Shown: one piece after another, positions 45,101 through 53,925 of the stretch | How positions within the stretch are numbered: position 1 is the stretch's first letter | Layout: every line of letters starts with the position of its first letter | NCBI GenBank assembly: GCA_043807585.1 | Contig: JAZDFV010000013.1 | Coordinates: 2,039-66,038, forward strand | From: Candidatus Jorgensenbacteria bacterium | Lineage (GTDB): Bacteria > Patescibacteriota > Minisyncoccia > UBA6257 > GWB1-50-10 | Direction of reading: 5' to 3' | DNA length: 64,000 bases | Notes under the pieces: model-generated | What the model was told of the DNA's origin: nothing | The model's input: the letters and a program-made list of their open reading frames with translations, nothing else | Databases searched by the model: none | Made by a program: the position numbers and the translations under genes

Positions 45101-45365
45101 GAGCGATGCCGAGCGCGACAAGGTGACAAAGGCGCTGGGCGGCGATAGCGTCGGCATCCAGCGCTACAAGGGGCTTGGGGAGATGAACCCCACCCAACTC
45201 TGGGAGACGACACTTGACCCCGCGACGCGGGTTTTGAAGCAGGTCATGGTGGAGGATGCTGTGGAAGCGGATCACCTCTTTGACATCCTCATGGGTGAGG
45301 CTGTGGAGCCGCGGAAGAATTTCATCCAGGCACACGCGGTCATGGTGAAGAACCTTGACATTTAA
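42129..45365 (+). CDS. gyrB: DNA gyrase subunit B, interrupted by an in-frame intein
   Basis: GHKL ATPase and Toprim motifs ('EGDSAGG | [24 protein letters not shown]'). 644-aa extein plus 434-aa intein. Confidence 0.9.
   Translation: [1078 protein letters not shown]
43452..44753 (+). mobile_element. Class 1 intein with HNH-type homing endonuclease domain inserted in the GyrB Toprim motif
   Basis: Starts with Cys after 'GDSAGG'. Block B 'TPDHKF'. Ends 'VFVHN' followed by Ser+1. Central '[30 protein letters not shown]' HNH motif (43899-43988) plus repeated QWQ-containing helices. Strongly AT-rich relative to the exteins. Confidence 0.85.
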
Positions 45366-45367
45366 AT

Positions 45368-45466
45368 GTATCGATACCAATATACAAATGGTACGAATGA
45401 TGCGAATCATACGAATTCGCATTCATTAGTATCATTCGCATGCATTCGTATATTAGCATCGCACTC
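45368..45466. repeat. AT-rich MITE-like hairpin repeat (family member 3) in the gyrB-secE spacer
   Basis: cgataccaatatacaaatggtacgaatgatgcgaat ... attcgtatattagcatcgcac. Confidence 0.6.
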
Positions 45467-45468
45467 TT

Positions 45469-45657
45469 ATGATTGAGCGAGCCAAACTATTTCTCCAAGA
45501 GTCCCGCCAGGAGCTCCGGCGGGTGAACTGGCCGACCCGCGAGGAAACCATGCGGTACACAGTCTTCGTCATCGTACTCTCCTTGGGGTTTGCGGTGTTC
45601 CTCGGCGTGCTCGATTTCGTTTTTATGCAGGCGCTCCAGAGAACCCTTGCGCTTTAA
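45469..45657 (+). CDS. secE: Preprotein translocase subunit SecE
   Basis: 62 aa, single C-terminal TM. Precedes nusG. Confidence 0.7.
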   Translation: MIERAKLFLQESRQELRRVNWPTREETMRYTVFVIVLSLGFAVFLGVLDFVFMQALQRTLAL

Positions 45658-45660
45658 CCT

Positions 45661-46233
45661 ATGCCTATACGCACCGCAAAAAGGGAGGCAACCCCCCAAG
45701 CGAGCAAGGAGCGGCGGTGGTACGCCATTCACACGTACTCGGGCTACGAGGACGCGGTGGAGCGTTACCTAAAACAGCGCGTGGAGTCACTTCTCATGAC
45801 CGATAAAATATTCAACGTGGTGGTGCCCAAGGAGGTTAAGATCAGGGTGAAGGGGGGAAAGCGCCAGACGTTCGAGGAGAAGATCTACCCGGGCTACGTG
45901 CTCGTGGATATGGTCCTGGACCACGATTCGTGGGCGGTGGTGCGTAACACGCCCCGCGTGACGGGTTTTGTGGGTTCCGACCCCACGGTTCCCGCGCCGC
46001 TATCCGCCGCCGAGGTGGCGGAACTTATGGCGCGCATGGGTCAGCGGGAGACGAAATTCAAGGTGGATTTGAAGGTGAATGACCTTGTGCGTATTGTGGA
46101 CGGCCCGTTCCGGGACCAGGAGGGGAAAGTGGCGGAGGTGGACGAGGAACATGGGAAGGTGAAGGTGCTGGTCCCCATCTTCGGGCGCGACACATTATTG
46201 GAGCTGGATTCGCTGCAGGTGCAGAAGGTATAA
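45661..46233 (+). CDS. nusG: Transcription termination/antitermination factor NusG
   Basis: NGN domain 'WYAIHTYSGYE' and C-terminal KOW motif. Confidence 0.85.
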   Translation: MPIRTAKREATPQASKERRWYAIHTYSGYEDAVERYLKQRVESLLMTDKIFNVVVPKEVKIRVKGGKRQTFEEKIYPGYVLVDMVLDHDSWAVVRNTPRVTGFVGSDPTVPAPLSAAEVAELMARMGQRETKFKVDLKVNDLVRIVDGPFRDQEGKVAEVDEEHGKVKVLVPIFGRDTLLELDSLQVQKV

Positions 46234-46370
46234 ATCCTAAGCACGAAATCCTAAATCCTAAACAAATTACAAATCCCAAATCATAAACATTAAACGGTTT
46301 TGAGCTTTGAGTTTTAGAGCTTGGAATTTGTTTAGAGTTTAGATATTAGGATTTAGAGTTTGACACAATT
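46234..46370. repeat. Low-complexity spacer hairpin ((aaatcctaa)n arm and its complement (ttaggattt)n)
   Basis: aaatcctaaatcctaaacaaattacaaatcc ... gatattaggatttagag. Confidence 0.55.
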
Positions 46371-46796
46371 ATGGCTAAACCAATAAAAACAGTGCTTAAG
46401 TTACAAATACCCGCCGGTGCCGCGAACCCTGCACCTCCGATTGGGCCCGCGCTGGGCCAGCATGGCGTGAACATCGCGAAGTTCTGCCAGGAGTTCAATG
46501 AGGCGACCAAGGCGCTCACGGGCGATATCATCCCGGCGGAAATCACCATCTACGAGGACCGTAGCTTTACGTTCGTTTTGAAGACCCCGCCGGTAGCGTC
46601 GCTTTTGAAGAAAGCAGCTGGTATCGAGAAGGGTTCCGCCGAGCCCCACAAGATAAAGGTAGGGAAGGTGACGCGCGCGGACGTGCGTGCGATCGCCGAG
46701 AAGAAAATGCCGGATTTGAACACCGAGAATATTGAGGCAGCCATGCGCATCGTGGAGGGCACTGCAAGACAGATGGGGATTGAAGTCGTTGAATAG
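46371..46796 (+). CDS. rplK: 50S ribosomal protein L11
   Basis: '[22 protein letters not shown]' signature. Confidence 0.9.
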   Translation: MAKPIKTVLKLQIPAGAANPAPPIGPALGQHGVNIAKFCQEFNEATKALTGDIIPAEITIYEDRSFTFVLKTPPVASLLKKAAGIEKGSAEPHKIKVGKVTRADVRAIAEKKMPDLNTENIEAAMRIVEGTARQMGIEVVE

Positions 46797-46855
46797 TTGA
46801 GGCACAGATGCTCTTTTATAATCCCCGCGAGGGGATTTTTTTGTGTTAGAATGAA

Positions 46856-48358
46856 TTGGAAGTTATGTATCTCCCGACAATCGGTTTGGAAATCCACATT
46901 GAACTCAAAACGCAGACCAAGATGTTCTGCGGGTGCAGGAACAATCCGGAAGAGCCGCAGCCGAATACGAACGTCTGTCCTATATGCTTGGCGCATCCTG
47001 GAACGCTTCCCGTGCCGAACCGCGAGGCCATCGCGGCGGTCATAAAGCTCGGCATGGCGCTCGGCGGCACCATCGCGGAACACTCCCACTTTGACCGCAA
47101 AAGCTACTTCTACCCTGACCTCCCAAAGGGATACCAGATATCGCAGTACGAGGAGCCGCTCGTGAACGGGGGGTTCTTGAACGGCGTCCGCATCACGCGG
47201 ATTCATTTGGAGGAAGATACCGCGAGACTCATACACGAGTCGAGTCCCGGCCTTGCGTCGGGACGCGCTGGCTCCGACGCCGCACGCGGGTCGGAGCAAA
47301 AGAGTACTTTTGTCGATTTCAACCGCGCTGGGGTGCCCTTGATGGAGCTCGTGACCGAGCCGGACGTGAAGAACGCCCGCGAAGCGGTACAGTTCGCGAC
47401 TGAGCTCCGGCGCATTGTGCGCTACCTCGGCATTTCCGATGGGGATATGGAAAAGGGACACATGCGCGTTGAAGTGAATATTTCACTTCAACACGAAATC
47501 TCAAATCTCAAATCTCAAATCTCAAATAAATTTGGGACCAAAGTGGAAGTAAAAAACCTTAACTCGTTCAGGGCGGTCCATGACGCGATTGAGCACGAGT
47601 TAGAGCGGCAAGAACATTTGCTCAAGCGGGGAGAAAAAATTGCGCAGGAAACGAGGGGCTGGAACGACAAGAAGGGCGTGACGGAGAGCCAGCGCTCCAA
47701 GGAGTCAGCTCACGACTACCGCTACTTCCCGGAGCCGGACATCCCGCCGCTTGACCTTACTAAATGGGATCTGGAAAAACTGCGGCAGGAAATTCCGGAA
47801 CTCCCGGAAGCGAAGCGGAAGCGGTTCGGGGCGGAATTCGGCATCGCGCCGGAGCAGGCGGAATTGCTCGCGGAGGACTCCGCGGCAGCCGATTATTTCG
47901 AGAACGCCGCAAGTGAGCTTAAAGCCAAGTTACCAACTACCAATTACTCGTTACTATTCAACTATTTCACATCCGATTTGAAGGGTCTTATGAACGAGCG
48001 GGGAGCGGCCATCACCGATCTTAAGTTCCCTCCGGAGCACTTTGCGCACCTTGCCTCGCTTGCGGCAGCGGGCAAGCTTTCAAGCCGCCTCGCCAAGGAT
48101 ATGCTCCTCAAAATGTTTGAAACGGGAGAAGATCCGGAAACGATTATGAAAGAAAGCGGCGTGCGTCTCATTGGCGACGAGTCGGAATTGGAGAAAATCG
48201 TCGCGGATGTCATCGCCGCGAATCCTAAGCCAGTGGGAGATTTCAGAAAGGGCAAGACAAACGCGCTCCAGTTCCTCGTTGGCCAGGCGATGGCGAAGAC
48301 GAAAGGGCAGGCGAAGCCGGAAAAATTGAGGGAACTATTCGAAAAGAGAATGAAGTGA
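46856..48358 (+). CDS. gatB: Asp/Glu-tRNA(Asn/Gln) amidotransferase subunit B
   Basis: 'PTIGLEIHIELKTQTKMFCGC' N-terminus and C-terminal YqeY-like tail. Confidence 0.85.
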   Translation: MEVMYLPTIGLEIHIELKTQTKMFCGCRNNPEEPQPNTNVCPICLAHPGTLPVPNREAIAAVIKLGMALGGTIAEHSHFDRKSYFYPDLPKGYQISQYEEPLVNGGFLNGVRITRIHLEEDTARLIHESSPGLASGRAGSDAARGSEQKSTFVDFNRAGVPLMELVTEPDVKNAREAVQFATELRRIVRYLGISDGDMEKGHMRVEVNISLQHEISNLKSQISNKFGTKVEVKNLNSFRAVHDAIEHELERQEHLLKRGEKIAQETRGWNDKKGVTESQRSKESAHDYRYFPEPDIPPLDLTKWDLEKLRQEIPELPEAKRKRFGAEFGIAPEQAELLAEDSAAADYFENAASELKAKLPTTNYSLLFNYFTSDLKGLMNERGAAITDLKFPPEHFAHLASLAAAGKLSSRLAKDMLLKMFETGEDPETIMKESGVRLIGDESELEKIVADVIAANPKPVGDFRKGKTNALQFLVGQAMAKTKGQAKPEKLRELFEKRMK

Positions 48359-48369
48359 GAGTGAAGAAC

Positions 48370-48404
48370 AGGGTGCTTTAACCAATTAAAGCACCCCCTT
48401 TTTC
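48370..48404 (+). terminator. Rho-independent terminator after gatB
   Basis: agggtgcttta accaat taaagcaccc followed by ccttttt. Confidence 0.65.
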
Positions 48405-48481
48405 ATGTACCGCGAGAAAACTACAGACGTGAACCCGCGGAGTTTCATTGGGCATGCGTCTCGGGTCCTTCCGTTATTAGT

Positions 48482-48510
48482 TTGACATTTATTTTGCTTT
48501 AGGTTATAAT
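48482..48510 (+). promoter_or_regulatory. Consensus sigma70-type promoter (TTGACA-17-TATAAT) for 48569..49285
   Basis: Perfect hexamers with 17-nt spacer. Strong SD 'aaggagggg' 7 nt before the ATG. Confidence 0.6.
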
Positions 48511-48568
48511 ACAACTAGACCATTTCCACTAAATACCATACGCCAAACCAATCAAGGAGGGGCATATC

Positions 48569-49285
48569 ATGGGTTATACCGATCAAGATTTTGAGCGGAT
48601 TCTCACGAACATTCTTACCGCCGACTACGAGCTGAAAACGGAACGCACCTCGGCAATCCTCAAGGTATTACGAGATGTGACAGAGGGACAAAAACCGCAC
48701 CTTTTCGCCTTCGTCCTAAAGAACTTCGGTTTCATCGAGGACTGTGGTGAGCCCATGAAGGATGAACGGATGAGCGATGATAGATATCAGGAGCTCGTGA
48801 AAAGTTTGGGGAATGAGGTGCACCGCCTGTTCCACGCTTGGATCAAAAAGAATCCAACGGAAGAGGAATTGGGGGGAAAGCTCCAAAAATACTTCTTTGG
48901 GGAGCTCACCAACGATGAAGAGCGGAGTGTGGCGCTATCCATCATCCTTGGTGACCGCCACATTCCCTATCGCCGCATTCCCTTGGAACTCCTTGATGAA
49001 GGTATTACCGGTAGCGACATCCAGGAGGTCTTGGAAGGCCACGAGGTGGAGGAGCGGATGAAGGAAGATGCTGCAATCATCCAGAACATCCTCCGGAGGA
49101 AGAACCTTACCACTCCCATGATGATACTCCTCTGGAACATTGTGAACCGTCACAAAACCGAGGCGGAGCGATTCGTGTTATTCTCCACACTTCTCGGAAT
49201 GGTAGAGAATGAGGCGAAGCACGATGCCATCGATGGGCTGGGGAGTATAGGCGGGATGATTGCCAGCATGTTCGGAGGGAGATGA
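48569..49285 (+). CDS. Hypothetical protein
   Basis: 238 aa, no recognisable domain. Strong promoter and RBS. Confidence 0.4.
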   Translation: MGYTDQDFERILTNILTADYELKTERTSAILKVLRDVTEGQKPHLFAFVLKNFGFIEDCGEPMKDERMSDDRYQELVKSLGNEVHRLFHAWIKKNPTEEELGGKLQKYFFGELTNDEERSVALSIILGDRHIPYRRIPLELLDEGITGSDIQEVLEGHEVEERMKEDAAIIQNILRRKNLTTPMMILLWNIVNRHKTEAERFVLFSTLLGMVENEAKHDAIDGLGSIGGMIASMFGGR

Positions 49286-49320
49286 TCAGCGGACTCCTGT
49301 CACTATTGTGGCGGGAGTTC

Positions 49321-50217
49321 TTATTTTTCTACGAGGAATTTGTCCGCGAGTTTTAGTGCGAGGTGAGGATTTTTCAGCCATTGGATGCGGCGGTCCCGTC
49401 TGAACCAGGTCATCTGGCGTTTTGTATAGCGTTTTAAGTCCAGTGCAAGGCTATCGTAAAATGCTTCTTTCCCAATCTCCTTTTTGAAAAGTTTCAAGGC
49501 CAATGCATAGACAAGGCCGAACTCCCGTATCCGGCGCTCGGGGACGTTCTGCTTCAACAAGTTTCCCACTTCTTTGAGCAGTCCCCGGCGGAGCCATTGC
49601 CTGATGCGCGCCCGCATTTGCCTCTCCAGCACCCGTTTTTCCACCGAGATGCCGAGCATGAGCACGTTCGCGGGGAGGGGATTGGTCTGCGGGCGCGGCA
49701 CCCTGCCAAGCGCTTCCACGATTTCCAGTGCACGGATGAGCCGCCTCGGGTTCTTTGGGTCGATCGAAGCGGCACGCGCTGGGTCCTTCTGTTCGAGGAG
49801 CGCAAATAATTCTCCCGCGGATCTTTTTGCGAGTTTTTTGCGGAGCGCGGGGTTTGATTTCACTGCCGGCATGGCGGTGCCGTCAATGGCTGCTTGTACA
49901 TAGAGGCCGGTACCGCCGCAGAGGATGGGGATTTTCCCCCGGCGCCAAATTTCCCTGGCTTTCCTGCGTGCGAGCTTCTGGTATTGGGCTGCGGTGAACG
50001 TGCGGCGGGGGCTCGCCACATCAAGAAGATAATGCGGCACCCCGCGCATCTCGCGCCTAGTGATCTTGTTGGAGCCGACATCGAGCCCGCGGTAGACATG
50101 CCGCGAGTCCGCGGAGATGACCTCTCCTTTGAAGCGTTTAGCGAGGGTTACCGCGAGCGCGCTCTTCCCGCTTCCCGTTGGACCCACGATGGCGATGAGC
50201 TTTCGCATATCACGCAC
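49321..50217 (-). CDS. miaA: tRNA dimethylallyltransferase
   Basis: P-loop 'GPTGSGKS' and 'HYLLDV' motifs. Confidence 0.85.
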   Translation of the reverse strand: MRDMRKLIAIVGPTGSGKSALAVTLAKRFKGEVISADSRHVYRGLDVGSNKITRREMRGVPHYLLDVASPRRTFTAAQYQKLARRKAREIWRRGKIPILCGGTGLYVQAAIDGTAMPAVKSNPALRKKLAKRSAGELFALLEQKDPARAASIDPKNPRRLIRALEIVEALGRVPRPQTNPLPANVLMLGISVEKRVLERQMRARIRQWLRRGLLKEVGNLLKQNVPERRIREFGLVYALALKLFKKEIGKEAFYDSLALDLKRYTKRQMTWFRRDRRIQWLKNPHLALKLADKFLVEK

Positions 50218-50256
50218 GCTATAACACCATCGGGTTTCTCGTTTTCGGGCTCGCGT

Positions 50257-52071
50257 TTATTTCCTTTGCGCGATGAGGTCGCTGATGGTTTTGAGGAACG
50301 AGTGGAGCGGAACGGTAGCTGTTTCCTTCTTGTGCCGCTCGCGGACGTTCACCGTTTTCGCACTTTCCTCCTTTTCTCCAACAACAAGGATGTAGGGGAT
50401 CTTTTTAAGCTCTGCGTCGCGGATGCGCTTGCCGAGCGTTTCATTCGCCTCGCTCGTTTCTGTGCGCACGTCGTGCTCTTTAAGCTCCCGCGCCACACGC
50501 TCGGCATAGGCGGCGTACTTTTCGGAGACCGGAAGCACCGTAACCTGCACCGGCGAGAGCCACGCGGGGAGCGCCCCGGCGTAGTGCTCGAGAAGCACCA
50601 TAATGAACCGCTCAGGCGAACCGATGATGGCGCGGTGGATCATGAAAGGCCGCTTCTCCTTGCCGTCCTTGTCGATGTAGGTGAGGCCGAACCGCTGGGG
50701 GAGGAAAGAATCGATCTGTACGGTGGAGAGCTGCCACTCGCGGCCGAGCGCATCGGTCGCCATGAGGTCCATCTTCGGTCCGTAGAACGCGGCCTCTCCT
50801 GGTGCGTCGAAGTAGTCGATGCGGTTGCGCTTCACGATTCGCTCGGCCCACCGTTCGAGCTTGTCCCACGTTTTCGCGTCCCCGATGTACTTTTCGGGGT
50901 GTTTTTTGTCGCGCGTGGAGAGGCGATAGCGATATTTGAACCCGAAGGTTGCCATGACTTTCTTGATCATCCCGAGCGCCAGGTCAATTTCCTCGTCCAC
51001 CTGGTCCTCGCGGCAGAAGATATGGTAGTCGTCCTGCGAGAACGAACGCACTCTAGCGAGGCCGGAGAGCTCACCCGGTTTCTCATCGCGGTAGAGCATC
51101 GCGAAGTCGGAGAGGCGGAGCGGAAGGTCGCGGTAGCTCCGCGGCTGGCTCGCGTAGATCTGGGTGTGTTGGGGGCAGTTCATCGGCTTCAGGAAGAATT
51201 CCTCCTCCGAGTAGTTCGAGACGACCCGGAACATGCTGTCGCGGTACTTGTCGTAGTGGCCGGAGATCTTGAAAAGTTCCGCCTTGGCGATCTGCGGAGT
51301 CCACACCTGCGTGTAGCCGGCCTTCGACTGGAGCGATTCGACGTAGTCGTTGAGGAGCCGGCGGATGAGCGCGCCACTCGGCGTGTAGAGGGGGAGACCT
51401 GCGCCCACGAGGTCCGAAAAGGTGAAGAGGTCGAGTTGCCTGCCGAGTTTTCGGTGGTCGCGCTTTTTCGCTTCTTCCTCGCGCGCGAGGTATTCATCCA
51501 GCTCTTTCTTGGTGGCGAAGGCGAGACCGTAGATGCGGGTGAGCATCGGGTTTTTCTCGCTCCCGCGCCAGTACGCGCCCGCGAGGTGGGTGAGCTTGAA
51601 GGCGTCAGCCGGAATTTCTTTGGTATTTTTCACGTGACCGCCGCGGCATAAATCATAAAACGCGGATTCACGCGGATTAAAAGCGGATTTACGCTGATTT
51701 TTATCTCCAGTGATATAGATGGAAATTGGTTGTTTTGCTTTCACTAGTTCTTTGATGAGTTCCAACTTGAAGGTTTGTCCCCTAAACAGTTTTCCCGCTT
51801 CCACGGGCGTCACCTTCTTTCCCGAAAAGGGGAGGTTTTGCGCGATGAGAGCGCGCATCGCCTTTTCCAGCTTCGGCAAATCGGTGTCGGTTATTCGTGT
51901 AGATTCGTGGCCGGATTCGTGTTTATTCGTGAATTGGAAGTCGTAGTAAAATCCATTCTCAATGACCGGCCCGATGCCCAGTTTCGCTTTAGGGAACTCT
52001 TTCAGAACGGCAGCAGCCAGAAGATGAGCTAACGAATGCCGAATATGGTCGAGATTTTGGGCTTTTGGCAT
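50257..52071 (-). CDS. thrS: Threonyl-tRNA synthetase
   Basis: 'HIRHSLAHLLA' editing-domain motif, class II core, C-terminal anticodon-binding domain. Confidence 0.9.
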   Translation of the reverse strand: MPKAQNLDHIRHSLAHLLAAAVLKEFPKAKLGIGPVIENGFYYDFQFTNKHESGHESTRITDTDLPKLEKAMRALIAQNLPFSGKKVTPVEAGKLFRGQTFKLELIKELVKAKQPISIYITGDKNQRKSAFNPRESAFYDLCRGGHVKNTKEIPADAFKLTHLAGAYWRGSEKNPMLTRIYGLAFATKKELDEYLAREEEAKKRDHRKLGRQLDLFTFSDLVGAGLPLYTPSGALIRRLLNDYVESLQSKAGYTQVWTPQIAKAELFKISGHYDKYRDSMFRVVSNYSEEEFFLKPMNCPQHTQIYASQPRSYRDLPLRLSDFAMLYRDEKPGELSGLARVRSFSQDDYHIFCREDQVDEEIDLALGMIKKVMATFGFKYRYRLSTRDKKHPEKYIGDAKTWDKLERWAERIVKRNRIDYFDAPGEAAFYGPKMDLMATDALGREWQLSTVQIDSFLPQRFGLTYIDKDGKEKRPFMIHRAIIGSPERFIMVLLEHYAGALPAWLSPVQVTVLPVSEKYAAYAERVARELKEHDVRTETSEANETLGKRIRDAELKKIPYILVVGEKEESAKTVNVRERHKKETATVPLHSFLKTISDLIAQRK

Positions 52072-53032
52072 ATGCTTTTATTATAGACAAATCCTTGTGT
52101 TTGGGGGATATTGACAACTTTACTATAATATGCTATGTTTTACGTAGCATATTACCAGATTTCCGTACCTCACGCCCCACCAATTCTGGTGGAAGGGGAA
52201 AGGAACATACTCGGTGAATGCAACGGAGGATTTATGTTTCTCGTATATTATCTGGCATCTGCCATGGTAACCATCGGTCTTTTCCTCGTCGTAGATCTTT
52301 TGACGGGACGTAGGGGACTCAATTGGTTAGTTCTGCACATCTATTCTTTTCGACGCCCCCGTGTGCTCGTGTGCACAGTAAATGGTGTCACCGGTGTGGT
52401 GACGCGACGGGACTACGAGCGCGCCATGCGCAAATCTCGTCTGGGGAACGCATCTAACGTTCCCTCGAAGCCGCCCCGCCTGTTAGTCGACCAGACCTTT
52501 CTTTTCAAAGAAGGAGGAGCTGGAGTAAATGAATTCAATGTCACTGGGGATTTGTTTGAACTTGAGGCCTTTCTCGCGGGGTGCATAGTTGAGCGAGGGG
52601 AGTTTGTAATTGTAATCCGGGAGTTTGTAATCCCAAGCGATCTCCACCGCACGGACAATCTCCAATCTTCGCACAGTTTCTGGTACGACTACATCTATGT
52701 GCATAGTCTTGCGCCCTATCGAGCAGGGGTTTCCGTGAGTGAGGATGGGAAAGGAAGGAGGGTTCTTTCAGTGGCTAGAGGCGAAGGCAAGATGTTCACG
52801 CTCGTTGTGCCCCCGCCAACTAGCGTATCCACTTTGCATTGAAGTTTCATCAAGCTCAAGGCTCGATCACAATGATCGAGCCTTTTGCGTTTCTAAAATT
52901 AATTCAAAGAGACTTCTGTGTTTAAATTCCCTCGATTGTACCAAAGGACTGGTCGACATTTTCTGTTACCAAGATTTAACGAGCGAATTGAAGATATTTT
53001 CGTACGGGGCAGGTTGATGAAAAAGGTGAAAT

Positions 53033-53100
53033 CTAAGGTTCCGTCACCTCGTCGCGGATGAGCTTCGACTCGTCTTTTACGGCCTCCCGGCGGCGATACT
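53033..53100 (-). repeat. Degenerate displaced dnaE 3'-end remnant (encodes '...ESKLIRDEVTEP*')
   Basis: cacctcgtcgcggatgagcttcgactcg; direct orientation with dnaE; own stop codon. Confidence 0.6.
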
Positions 53101-53114
53101 TCGTTTCTTTCCTA

Positions 53115-53156
53115 CTCTTTTCCCCTACACCTCCGGCCGTTCACATAGGAGAAGAG
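53115..53156. promoter_or_regulatory. Imperfect palindrome centred on CGGCCG upstream of PaaX-like gene 3, followed by -10 'tataat'; putative operator
   Basis: ctcttttcccctacacctCCGGCCGttcacataggagaagag. Cognate copy downstream at 53807-53844. Confidence 0.5.
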
Positions 53157-53201
53157 TATAATAAAAGCGTGCGTTGAAAGAAGAAGTGTAAGTGCCAAGT
53201 T

Positions 53202-53786
53202 ATGAGAGGCGATATTGTATTGAAGGTATTGGGAATAGCGGGAGAAGGAGTTGCTACTCTTTCCGATCTTTTCTGCGCTTTTCTTGAGGCGGGATACGGG
53301 GCTTCGTATGGGAGGTTGGAGTATCAGCTGCGAGAACGGCGCGGAGAGTGCGCGCGAGCAAAAGATGTGCGCGATGCACGCGGACGGTTTCAGAAACTAC
53401 TCTACAAGTTGAAGAAAGACGGTCTTATCGCGGCCGGGGATGGTCGTGCCGCGGGGCGTTTTTCTGTCACAAAAAAGGGGAGGAGTAAGCTTGCCAAACT
53501 TTTGGAGCGGCGGAAGCGAATGTTGCCTCCTGCAAGGTACGCGGCAAAACCCGCCAATGTGTATACTATCGTAGCGTTTGATGTGTCCGAGAAAGAGCGG
53601 AAGAAGCGCGCGTGGCTGCGTGAGGTACTTCGGAACCTCGGCTTTAATCGTGTCCAGCAAAGCGTCTGGATCGGGAAAGTAAAGATACCGGAGCAGTTCT
53701 TGAGAGACCTGGAACGGTTGGAAATCGTTCACGCGGTTGAAATTTTCGAGATTACCAAAACTGGAAGTCTTCACCACCTTGTGTAA
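53202..53786 (+). CDS. PaaX-family protein: winged-HTH plus Cas2/VapD-like fold domain (paralog 3)
   Basis: 'YTIVAFDVSEKERKKRAWLREVLRNLGFNRVQQSVWIGKV'. N-terminus 'LEAGYGASYGRLEYQL' shared with paralog 1. Confidence 0.6.
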   Translation: MRGDIVLKVLGIAGEGVATLSDLFCAFLEAGYGASYGRLEYQLRERRGECARAKDVRDARGRFQKLLYKLKKDGLIAAGDGRAAGRFSVTKKGRSKLAKLLERRKRMLPPARYAAKPANVYTIVAFDVSEKERKKRAWLREVLRNLGFNRVQQSVWIGKVKIPEQFLRDLERLEIVHAVEIFEITKTGSLHHLV

Positions 53787-53806
53787 TACGTGATGGTTGT
53801 TTGCAG

Positions 53807-53844
53807 TTTTCTCCTACACCAACGGCCGTCGACATAGGAGAAAA
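53807..53844. repeat. Imperfect palindrome (ttttctcctacaccaACGGCCGTcgacataggagaaaa) downstream of PaaX-like gene 3
   Basis: ~85% identical to 53115-53156. Confidence 0.5.
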
Positions 53845-53874
53845 TTGGGAAAGTGGGGAAAGTGAAGGGAGGGT

Positions 53875-53925
53875 TTACAATTCTTTCACCTCATCGCAGA
53901 TGAGCTTCGGCTCGGTGGAGATTTG
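53875..53925 (-). repeat. Displaced dnaE 3'-end remnant (encodes '...TEPKLICDEVKEL*')
   Basis: cacctcatcgcagatgagcttcggctcgg; direct orientation; own TAA stop. Abuts the 3' end of the TPR-membrane gene. Confidence 0.65.

Noticed and set aside
49894-51651. 585-aa plus-strand ORF
   Set aside because: Lies entirely antisense to thrS (50257..52071, clear ThrRS motifs). Arg/Gly/Glu-rich low-complexity translation typical of stop-poor frames in GC-rich DNA.
52135-52842. 235-aa plus-strand ORF between thrS and PaaX-like cassette 3
   Set aside because: No motifs and heterogeneous composition. It overlaps an equally plausible minus-strand ORF, so it is left uncalled. The region may hold degraded islet remnants.
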